NCBI RefSeq assembly: GCF_004010195.1
Contig: NW_025214738.1
Location: 1 to 50,000, forward strand
From: Chiloscyllium plagiosum
Taxonomy: Eukaryota
DNA length: 50,000 nucleotides
Direction: 5' to 3'
Below the pieces are notes generated by a model, which had not been told where the DNA came from, ran no database searches, and saw only the letters and a program-made list of their open reading frames with translations. Numbering within the stretch: the first letter of the stretch is position 1; the number at the start of each line of letters is the position of its first letter. Made by a program: the position numbers and the translations under genes. This document shows, in pieces, positions 26,265 to 35,569 of the stretch.

Positions 26265-27409
26265 TTCTGGTTGGAGTTCTCTACAACTTGTTTAAACTGT
26301 AACAGACAACATCAGGTTCAAGTCCCATCAACTCCACAGGTGTGTAACAACATCTATGAAAAGGTCTATTGGAGAACAAAAATCCACTGATGTGAGATAA
26401 GCAAAGACAAAACTGAAATTATCAAAAGGCACAAACTTAGTATTCAGACAGAATACACAAAAACAAGCTTGTATTTCAAGGAACTACTTTTAAATATTAC
26501 ACGCTTTTACATAACATAAATGCATGACATGACATCTTTATTTATGTTCTCCCTAATTTCTTGTGCTGACTTCTGAGTTCTGTGCACAGTATGCTTAAAG
26601 GGAAGCAGGATCATATAGCTGAAAATGACCAAGTACACACAGGGTTTCCCAATGTCTCACATCTGTGCAGTATTACAGTACAACACATTGCTAAGCAGAT
26701 AATACAACTGATCTTTCTTTCACTAAGAAAATCTTGCAAGTACTCCTTACTGATCTAGACATTGGGTACCTGTATTTTAATTAGAGGTATAGCTTAGTGC
26801 TTAAACAAGGAATTTTGTTGTTGCAGTCAACAAGATGTGTAAAGTGAACCTTTCATGCCTCACCTGATTGCATACTTTCATTGCTTTTGTCACAATCAAC
26901 TGAAAGATATAAAAGGATGTAAAGAAGCAGTAAATTATGGATTAAACCAGTACACCTTCAAGAAACTGTATAGATTGGGAAAATACAGCTTGAAAATAAA
27001 CAAGCCAATAGTAATGATTTAGTAAATAGGAGGAAAGTAAGAACAAGTAGTAGTGTTAAATTTAAGTCAGGAGTTGGAACCGTAGTTCAGTTTTGAATAC
27101 ATTACAGAATGTACATCAAAGCTACTGAATATGGAGAGTAGGTTCAGGAGAATGACACACATAAATTCTTGGTCTCTTGGAATCAAGAAATATGAGGACC
27201 ACGTAGGAAAATGGACTGACATCAGCCAAGATCATATTACTCAGAAAATGTTCAATGGGTCATATGATCTACTCCTGCTTCACATCTTGTACACTTTGCA
27301 TGAAAAATTAGCTCTGGAGAACTGACGAACTGTGATTAATTCCATTGGATCAAATAAAGTGAAAGGAGACCATTGTGTTGTTTTTCAAAGCTACTAAGAG
27401 TTGTTCTAA

Positions 27410-27640
27410 GGTAATGGTGGCTCAGTGATTAGCACTGCTGCTTCATAGTGCCAGGGATTCGGGTTCAGTTCCAGCCATTGATGGATGACTGTATGGATTG
27501 AGCTTGTATGCCCTCCATGTCTACATGGGTTTCCTCTGTGTGCTCTAGTTTCCTCCCACAGTACAAAGATCTGCAGGTTAGATGGTTTGTCCATGTGTCC
27601 AGCATGGTGAGAGATGTGTAGGCTAGGTGGAATAACCAAA
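27410..27640 (+). mobile_element. Degenerate HE1-type V-SINE
   Basis: TGGTGGCTCAGTGATTAGCACTGCTGCTTCATAGTGCCAGGG...GGGTTTCCTCTGTGTGCTCTAGTTTCCTCCCACAGTACAAAGA. Confidence 0.78.
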
Positions 27641-27777
27641 GATTGCTGAGTAAATGAACAGAAGTTTTGAGGGCTTTCTTTATACAGAATTGCTGGAATA
27701 TAGGCATTCAGGTAGAAATCATTCCATTTTTGAGAAGAAAAATATTTAAACCAGATGCAAGGACTAAACTAAAGAAT

Positions 27778-28090
27778 CGCAAATGCTAGAAATCTGATTC
27801 AATAACAGAAATTGCTGGAGAAACTCAGCAAGTCTGGGAGCATCTGTGTACCACGATTTGGAGGAGCCAGTGTTGGACTGGGATCGACAAAGTTTAAAAA
27901 AATCACAACACCACGTTATGGTCCAACAGGTTTAATTGGAAGCACTAGCTTAAGAAGCAGTTCGTCGAAAGCTAGTGCTTCCAAATAAACCTATTGGACC
28001 ATAACCTGGTGTTGTGTGATTTTTAACTTTAACAGCATCTGTGGAGACTGAGCAGAGTTAATGTTGAGACCAGGGATCCTTCTCCGGAAC
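27778..28090 (-). mobile_element. Decayed PLE-type terminal repeat (family D), interrupted by a family B insertion
   Basis: Homologous to 47410-47540 (TGCTGGAGAAACTCAGCA...AGCATCTGTGGAGA...CAGAGTTAATGTT). It is split at AGCATCTGTG by the 27849-28033 insertion. Confidence 0.65.
27849..28033. mobile_element. Penelope-like inverted terminal-repeat insertion (family B)
   Basis: About 62-bp inverted arms 27889-27951 and 27969-28030, each ending in the hammerhead 3' half (AAGCTAGTG). 10-bp TSD AGCATCTGTG at 27839-27848 and 28034-28043. Homologous to 35389-35569 and 32419-32487. Confidence 0.82.
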
Positions 28091-28862
28091 ATACATTGTT
28101 CCTTTTGACCTTTTCGTTATTGCTGTACAAAAAGTGTGCTTCAAAAACTGGAGAAAAAAAGATGCACTGCAGATGGATTTATCTAAATTTGTGTACAAAG
28201 ATAATAATTACTTTGAATCTTATTTAAATTAGACTAATGACAATAGACCAGTGATCAAGTTTTTATAATTAGTTAGAGTTATTAGAAAGATGGAGGCCAT
28301 TGCACACTTCTCAGATTCTGGAGCATAATGTTGATTACACCAACATTTGTTGGATCTGGACTGGCTGATAAGCTAAGAAAATGTAACCACAACAAAACCA
28401 TGTGTAGTTTGAGGTCAAGTTACATGGACATTTTTTTCCCCAAACGTGTCACACCCTTTTTATTGACAGATATCAGTTATTGCAAAACAGTTACATAAGA
28501 CGAGAAACATATCTCAGATAAACACACAAATGAACCTCATAACAGAAGTTTCCCGTTTTGTCGTTGGATCTAATGGTGACTCCATATAGAAACTGGCTGG
28601 CCTTGACACTTCAAAGACTATTACAGTACTGAATAACACACCCCAAACACAAACGTGTACAGGGAGGAAAGCCCTCCCACTTCCCCAAAGGGAAAGTCTG
28701 TTCAATAATATGATCCACAGTTTAGGCACAGCACCCAGATGGAGACCACCTCACTCTCACACAGAATAAAATACCCCAACATCAGGTATAACCAAGGAGG
28801 GTTCAGGAAGGAGACCCAGGCTCCACAAGACAGAGCTAGGAAACCTGCTGTTGCCGACTCAC

Positions 28863-29028
28863 CTCGGTCGGCTGTTAGACACTGCCCGTCTCCCTCCGGC
28901 TTCTCCCTGGGCTTCTGGCTGCGGTGCCGAAAGTGACAATAAGGCCGGTTGCAGGAGCCGCCATCGCCGCTGCCACCGCCGTAAAAGGGGCACTCGATGC
29001 TGCGGAAAAACTCGGTGGAACGCAGCAT
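28863..29028 (-). CDS. REXO1: REXO1 coding exon 1
   Basis: ATG at 29028 (ACAATGC) encodes [55 protein letters not shown]. This matches the REXO1 N-terminus as I recall it (MLRSTxFFRxIxCP...[10 protein letters not shown], a C-x12-C-x4-C-x3-H motif here). The exon is 166 nt and ends at a consensus GTGAGT donor. Confidence 0.95.
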
Positions 29029-29205
29029 TGTGCACTCGGGGCCCGGCCTCGGGGACAAGGCATAATCCCCCTCTCGGCAGAAGATAATGATTTGGTGGAG
29101 GGGAGATGGAATCGGAAGCCGAGGCGGCCTTCACGCTCGGGGACAACTCCTCCGTTCCTGTCCTCTCACCCCCTGAACACCGCCCGCCCCCCGCTGCCGC
29201 CCGAC

Positions 29206-29217
29206 GCCGCCATCTTG
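29206..29217 (-). promoter_or_regulatory. YY1 consensus site (CAAGATGGCGGC on the gene strand)
   Basis: Plus-strand GCCGCCATCTTG matches the extended YY1 motif typical of housekeeping promoters near the TSS. Confidence 0.75.
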
Positions 29218-29231
29218 GTTCCTGCCAGACT

Positions 29232-29241
29232 CTGACGTCAG
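29232..29241. promoter_or_regulatory. Full palindromic CRE (CREB/ATF site)
   Basis: CTGACGTCAG, a 10-bp palindrome containing TGACGTCA, about 15 bp upstream of the YY1 site inside the CpG island. Confidence 0.72.
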
Positions 29242-30147
29242 TGAGGCCTACTCAACCACACGCGCATTTTGGAGCCATTGGTGGGGGGGAAAGATAAATA
29301 GAACAAAATTTACAGTTATATAGCACCGTTTACCACCCCAGAGCTGTTCCTCGGGGGTCCTCAATGATGATGAACACACCTTTAAAGTCACTGCTCTCAC
29401 GTTGGAAGCACTGCAGCAAGCTCTGTTAAGTTTCATGACCAGATAGAAGCACAGAACATTCTGGAGAAACTCAGTTGGTCTGGCAGCATCTGTGGAGCGA
29501 GAAGCGACTTCATGACTGGATAATCTGTTTCTTCTTTGTACTGTTAGTTGGAGGATTTTTTTTTACTAATTTGTAGGACATAGCCATCGCAAGCTGTGCC
29601 AACATCTATTGCCTGTCCCTAGTAGAGGAGTTGGTGGTGAGTTGCCTTCTAAACCTATCCTGTTCGTGTACCCATCCAGAAGCCTTTTAAATGCAATTGT
29701 ACCTGCCTCCTTGGCCCATCTGCACCCTGCCTATTTTGGTGTCATCTGCAAACTTACCAATCATGCGAAAATCATTTTGTAGCACATCATTGCTACAAAA
29801 TGATTGCTCACAGGCCACCAGTCCAAAAAGCAACTCTCTACCCCACTTTCTGTTTCCTACCTTCAAGCGATTTTTGTATCCAATTGACTAGTTCTCTCTG
29901 CATTCCATGTGATCTGATGTTACTTACCAGTCTACCATGTGGAACCTTTTCAAACACTTTTCTGAAGTCCCTATAGACAATGTTTTCTACTCTGACTTTA
30001 TCAGTCTTCTTTGTCACCTCTTTGAAAAACTCATTCAAAGTTAGAGAGATACAATTTCCCACACATACAACCATGTTGACGATCCCTAATCAGTCCTTGC
30101 CTTTTCCAAACGGATGGATACCTTGTGCCTTAGAATCCCCTCCAATA

Positions 30148-30263
30148 GGAGACAGTAAGGTCTGCAGATGCTGGAGATCAGAGTTGAGAGTGTGTTGCTG
30201 GAAGAGCACAGCAGCATCTGAGGAGCAGGGAAATCGACGTTTCAGACCGGAGCCCTTCATCAG
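30148..30263 (-). mobile_element. Penelope-like 3' fragment (family A variant)
   Basis: Carries the hammerhead core. 12-bp TSD TCCCCTCCAATA at 30136-30147 and 30264-30275. Nested in a CR1 fragment. Confidence 0.82.
30233..30263 (-). ncRNA. Minimal hammerhead ribozyme motif (family A variant), helix I lost
   Basis: Minus strand reads CTGATGA A GGGC TCCG GTCT GAAA CG TC GAT. Core and ACGU palindrome are intact and helix II has two G-U pairs. The insertion is truncated exactly at the first C of the core, so the 5' strand of helix I is missing. Confidence 0.68.
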
Positions 30264-31010
30264 TCCCCTCCAATAACCTACCCACCATGGACTTAAGGCT
30301 CACCAATCTTTAGTGTCCTGGCTTTTCCTTATAGCCTTTCATAAATAACGGCACAATATTATCAAATGACCATTCTTCTGCATGTAACCCGTGGTTGTCA
30401 ATGATACAAATATTTCAACAAGGAGCCCAGCAATCTTTTCCTTAGCTTGAAGTTCTGGGAAACAGCTGATCAGGTCCTAGGGATTTATCTGCCTTAATGT
30501 GTTTTAAGACCTCCAGCACCTACTTTTCTGTAGCTGCCCTTATCTAGTGGGGAGTATTCCATTACTCTCAAGACTTGTGCCTTGTAGATGGCGGACAGGC
30601 TTTGGATGTCAGGACATGAGCCACTTGCTGCACTAATGTCTGACCAGCTCTTGTAGCCACTGTGTTTATATTGTGAATCCAGTGGAGTTTCTGGTCAGTG
30701 TAACTTCATGGATGTTTATGGCAGGGGATTCAGTAATAGTAACACCATTAAATATTAAGAGGTGGTGTTTAGATTGGCCTTTATTGGAGATAGTCATTGC
30801 CTGATACTTATATCAGGGATAACACCAGACTCATCTTTGAAATCATACTGTGGATCTATAAAAAATCAATTAAGATAGGCTTTGAATATTAAAAACCCAT
30901 TGAAACAATGGCTGTTAACAGGACAGTGGTTAGTGTTACAGTGGAATGTCAACCTAGTCTTTTGTGCTCAGGTCCCGAAGTAGGACTCAAACAGTTTTTT
31001 TGATTCCAAG

Positions 31011-31809
31011 TGTTATGAAGTTGCAGGCGTATACTGTACCTTTAAGCGAGAGAGAATGCTGTTCTGAACTGAGAGCTTACAAGTGCCTGTGTATATGACG
31101 AGATGGCAGTCCTAGAGTGTACTGGAAAATTGAATATTTGTAACATTTAGCTGTGAAATGGACACCTGAGTTTTGGTTGTTGTTTTGATAACAATTCGAA
31201 TTTAACCAATTAGTTCAAATTTTGCCCCAGGATGCAAAAATCCAGTTGAGTTGGAATTTATTATTTTGCCAACATCAAACCAATGAGACGATCCAATGTT
31301 GAGGGTATAGAAATGTGGGCAGAGAATTGAAAATTGGAGAGAGAGCAACTGCCATCAAGACAGAAACACATTAAGATCTAAAATCTTGCTGTCCAAGAAA
31401 TTAGGAAACATTCTCTATCAAACATACCTTTTTGATATGAAACATAAGTAAAAAGGAAGAAAACAACCCAAGAGATCCTCAGCCAGAAGAAGAAAAACAT
31501 AGAAGATGACAGAGGCTGTGTGGTTTTGAAATTAAGTTGATGTAACTTTAATAAGTATCTTATTGGAACAGCATATTGCTATAGAGTTGGAGGCAGATAA
31601 TAAGCAGTTAAAAGAAAGGGGAAGCTTAGAATTGCGAATACTTGCCTAATGTTCACTTTTAGATTTAAAAAATAAATTGGTATTATTTTCTTTAAATAGT
31701 GGAATTTATGAGTTCTTTGGCACTCATATTTTAACGGACTATGAGGCGAGGTAAGCTTTTCTGGGTGATTGGTTTTCTTAACAGAGGGGTTCACCCCTGT
31801 ATCATAACA
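31011..31809 (+). mobile_element. Solo LTR (799 bp), Gypsy/ERV-like
   Basis: Perfect 8-bp terminal inverted repeat TGTTATGA...TCATAACA. 4-bp TSD CAAG at 31007-31010 and 31810-31813. Internal CCAAT boxes, TATA-like GTATAGAAA (about 31305) and AATAAA (about 31670). Confidence 0.85.
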
Positions 31810-32418
31810 CAAGAATTTATGGTACACAGAAAGATGACACCTTGCTGTGTACCATAAATTCAATGAGTCAAAAAGCACAGATATAAACTCTTTGGTTCCA
31901 CTCATCTATGCAGGCCAGGTTTCCCAAACTTAAGCTATTCCCATTTACCTGCGTTTGGCCCATATCGCTCTGAAGCTATCCTATTCATGTACCATCTTCA
32001 ACTTTTCTTTAATAAAATGATTTGTCATATTCGTTCTCCATGGTTTATATGATTGTCAAAATCAAGGAAGTACTTTTTTGAAAGCCTAATTCTGTTTCTG
32101 TTTCCACGGATTTTATCTGACCTGCTAAGTACTTCCAGCATTTTTATACATGTTTATACTTGAAATTTCCAGTATCAGTAATTCTTTTCCAAAAACATTT
32201 GGGAGGTTTTAGGGGTGATTTGGTATATGGGTTCACCGCTACATTATGATATAAGTACAACTAGACTGCATCATCAGTGATGTGACGTGCCCACTTAGAA
32301 GAAAGTTCTGGTGGAATTCAGCCCAACCCAACAATGCCAATGTATATAGCGTGTACAGTTAATAAAGATTTGTCAGTTTTCACAAGCATGCTGTCCAGTC
32401 CACATTTGTCTAAAATCA

Positions 32419-32487
32419 ACTATAACCTGGTGTTGTGTGATTTTTAACTTTGTACATTCCAGTCCAACACCGGCATCTCCAAATTAT
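32419..32487 (+). mobile_element. Penelope-like extreme 3' fragment (family B)
   Basis: ACTATAACCTGGTGTTGTGTGATTTTTAACTTTGTAC...CAGTCCAACACCGGCATCTCCAAAT matches the reverse complement of 35388-35453. Confidence 0.7.
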
Positions 32488-32597
32488 GATATCCCAGAAA
32501 CTGCATGTGATATTAATGGTGATAGTGCTGTGGGTGTGCCTAAACTACCAAGGACTGCAATGATTCAGAAAGCTAGCTCAGAACAACCTCCTCCAGT

Positions 32598-32911
32598 GGG
32601 CGGCACGGTGGCACAGTGGTTAGCACTGCTGCCTCACAGCGCCAGAGACCCGGGTTCAATTGCCGCCTCAGGCGACTGACTGTGTGGAGTTTGCACGTTC
32701 TCCCCATGTCTGCGTGGGTTTCCTCCGGGTGCTCCGGTTTCCTCCCACAGTCCAAAGATGTGCAGGTCAGGTGAATTGGCCATGCTAAATTGCCCGTAAT
32801 GTTAGGTTAGGGGTAAATGTAGGGGTATGGGTGGGTTTCGCTTCGGCGGGTCGGTGTGGACTTGTTGGGCCGAAGGGCCTGTTTCCACACTGTAATCTAA
32901 TCTAATTTAAT
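32598..32911 (+). mobile_element. HE1-type tRNA-derived V-SINE, full length and young
   Basis: Pol III A box TGGCACAGTGG and B box GGTTCAATTGCC. Central V-domain GTGTGGAGTTTGCACGTTCTCCCC...GGGTTTCCTCCGGGTGCTCCGGTTTCCTCCCACAGTCCAAAGA. LINE-like tail GGGCCGAAGGGCCTGTTTCC plus (TCTAA)n. CpGs retained. Candidate TSD CTCCAG at 32591-32596 and 32912-32917. Confidence 0.92.
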
Positions 32912-35388
32912 CTCCAGAGCAATTAGGAATGGGCTGTAAATACCAGCTTGGCCAATGCCATCCACATCTCATGAATGAATAAAGTTATGAAGGACAAAAC
33001 TCACTTCTTAATGCAAACATAGAGAAGCAATGAAATCAGCTTTGCTTTTACCCTCACCAAACAACAAAAAATTCTGAACTGGAACATTCTGGTGTGTAAG
33101 GAAGTACAGATCTGGAAGTGGCTCTTTCTGTTTGGCCCACAGTAAGTCCTTGTGTATTTGTCGCAGATGTAATCATTATTTATAAGTTTAAATATGAAAA
33201 TACAACATAAATATGGATTTGCAAAATTGAAAAATGAGTATTTCTGATAGATATCCGATAATACTTTATTAAAACAGATTTATGGCCAGACTGATAAATC
33301 ATATTAATATTAGAGAATGGGTCTTCACGTCTGTTCCACTGTGCTGATTAGTAATTTAATTGCATCTACTCTATCCCTAAATGCTCTTGCCTACCAAATG
33401 TTTATCAATTTCAGTTTTAAAATTTCATTTGATCTTGTCTCAGCAGTCTTTGGGGAGGAGAGGTCAGGTTTTCCACTATATTTTGTATGAAGAGTTGTGT
33501 TTTGGCATTAATCACATCTGAACTCTAATTTTTTAAGATGTGTTCTCTTTTTCTTGACTTTACCACAAAGTCACCAGAATTTTTCAGGAGTCTCTCACAC
33601 ATGTGCTTGCTCTTTAAAAAAACCTCTCTTTGTATATAACATATACGTGTACTGTTGTTTCACAGAAAACTACAGTTGACTTTTCTCTTTTGGGAAGGAG
33701 AGAGGGAAAAAGACCAATAATAGATTCTTCTAGCATTTATTTTAAAAAGTAGGACATCTACCTTCAAAAGTATCTTTTTTATAATATTCTTTGTTGACAA
33801 TGTTTACATATTCTAAATAGTACAACTACTTTTAGCATTTCCCTAGCATCAGATTTCTCAATATTCAGGAGGATTATTTGAAATGAGCTTTTTTCTTCAA
33901 AAGTAAGCAATTTAATTGGAGTTGCTATAGGAAATATTCATCAAATATTTTATTGATCTTGTTTGCATTTATTAGCCAATTTTACTTTTCTTGTTATGGT
34001 AAACAACAGTAATATAAAATATTGAAAACTATGGGATTTGAAGTTTCTGTAGATAATATTCCACATGTGGCCTGTTGCTTTAAAATATGTTTGGAAGAAG
34101 TTTTAGTAAAAGAGTAGCTTATTTTACTGTACGTGTATGTATGTGTATGAGAGAAAGACTACTTTTGTTATTGCGTAATTATGTCATTTTAAATTGTATA
34201 GCACATTCTTCAGTCATGTGCTTTTGGCTTTGTCTGAACACATAAGTGCCAAACATGTAGCTGACCAATCTTCCAAAACCTGAGGTGAACGTGTTTGACT
34301 ACACAGCACCTCCTTGAACTTGACTGAGGAGCCTTAGCACATTAAGTCTGCTCTTTAATTTGAATATAGTCTGGTTCAGAAACTGGCACAAGCATGTGAT
34401 TACAAATATCTACATTGTCACAATATACCATGCATGAGGGATAAAATTGTCTTACAATATAAAAATAAAGCAAATAATCAACATTTTCACTTAGATTAAT
34501 TAAACTAATAATTTAGAATATGTTCCTTTGATATGCCATGATTTTGTTTGGTTATTACAGAAATAATCCTGGTTTCATAGCTGTATTAAAGTACAGCTCG
34601 TTCCTGATTAATATAAAATGATGTTAATGGACTGGTTGCACTCAGTAACTAGATTGCAAAACAATAAAGTGACTAATGAACCATATGGTATAGTTATTTA
34701 TATTCGAACCACAAACTAAAAGAGAAAATGGTTAACTGCATAAACTAGACAGGTATGTAGGCTGGGTTCATAGTAGCAACATAAAGCAGGCTAAAACTAT
34801 TCCACCAGGAGCTAAATTTATTTGGCAAATAGCTTGTACATACAGATCAGCAAGTCCCATAGCTCAAACTCTCATCTGTGCTGACTAGCTGATTTCAGTT
34901 GGGATGTCTCATTAAAAAAATACGTTTAGTCAAGGAAGATCAGTTAGTGTAGCAGCTCCTGATTGCCAGTTAGAAACCTCTTGTGGAAAGCCCATGTTGG
35001 ATGAGGATGACATTAAGTTAAACTATTTCTCCTTCAATCAAATTTATGACTGACACACATTGTCAAAGTTCAGACAACACAGAATTGTATTTGATAAAGA
35101 CCAGCTGCGTTTAAAAAAATTTAGGAACAGGACACACTTTTCCTTCTCAGCTGGAGACTGCTGATTACAGTTAATTCCCCCTTTTAAATTCACAAGTTGT
35201 GCAGAGAGGCTGAAAGGTATCCATTATAAAATCTCTGCTTAAGAAGAAAAGAATAGATCCAGTAAATACAGACCATTTGTTCCTAAATCAACTGTTGGAA
35301 AACATATAATCCATATTTTAAAATCAAATTAGTCAGCACGTACAGCGAATAATGAGAGGTAGCCAGAGTTTATTTGTTAAATTCAAGA

Positions 35389-35569
35389 TTTGGAGGTGCC
35401 TGAGTTGGACTGGGGTGGACAAAGTTAAAAATCACACAACACCAGGTTATAGTCCAGCAGGTTTAATTGGAAGCACTAGCTTTCGGAGCACTGCTCCTTC
35501 ATCAGGTGGTTGTGATGAGGCAGCACCTCGAAAGCTAGTGCTTCCAAATAAACCTGTGTGATTTTTAAC
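35389..35569. mobile_element. Penelope-like inverted terminal-repeat insertion (family B) with two back-to-back hammerhead motifs
   Basis: The minus arm carries the intact hammerhead at 35474-35508. The plus arm carries a decayed one (GTGATGAGGCAGCACCTCGAAAGCTAGTG, 35512-35540). 16-bp flanking direct repeat TTTGTTAAATTCAAGA at 35373-35388 and 35570-35585. Confidence 0.85.
35474..35508 (-). ncRNA. Minimal type I hammerhead ribozyme, PLE-type, structurally intact (family B)
   Basis: Minus strand reads CAC CTGATGA A GGAGC AGT GCTCC GAAA GC TA GTG. Helix I is CAC/GTG (3 bp), core CUGAUGA, an extra A before helix II, helix II GGAGC/GCUCC (5 bp), GAAA, a palindromic AGCU mini helix III, and NUH = CUA. 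Predicted cleavage is between 35477 and 35476. Confidence 0.85.

Larger units (their letters stand above)
1314..28862 (-). other. REXO1: REXO1 intron 1 (27,549 bp, GT-AG, phase 1)
   Basis: Donor GAG|GTGAGT with GT at 28862-28861 and acceptor tctttAG at 1315-1314. Splicing keeps the frame (..TADR-E-HGYDPY..). No intervening coding exon was recognised. Confidence 0.88.
28850..29285 (-). promoter_or_regulatory. CpG-island, TATA-less promoter and 5' UTR of REXO1
   Basis: The only strongly GC- and CpG-rich non-repeat stretch in the window, overlapping exon 1. It contains an ETS-type CGGAAG (29113-29118), GC boxes (29181-29190), a YY1 motif, a full CRE and a CCAAT box (ATTGG 29277-29281). Confidence 0.85.
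29705..30530 (-). mobile_element. CR1-type LINE RT fragment
   Basis: Peptide EFFKEVTKKTDKVRVENIVYRDFRKVFEKVPHGRLVSNIRSHG and an FADDTK remnant near 29735-29752. A PLE is nested at 30148-30263. Confidence 0.85.

Noticed and set aside
28702..29058. 118-aa ORF as a complete single-exon gene
   Set aside because: Similarity to REXO1 starts at the ATG at 29028 and stops at the GTGAGT donor at 28862. The remainder is intron read-through.
32598..32680. tRNA gene
   Set aside because: The A and B boxes belong to a SINE head followed by the V-domain and a LINE-derived tail. There is no complete cloverleaf.
35512..35540. Second functional hammerhead on the plus strand
   Set aside because: Core C3 is G, helix II is disrupted and helix I has no proper partner. 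Treated as a decayed or truncated inverted copy.
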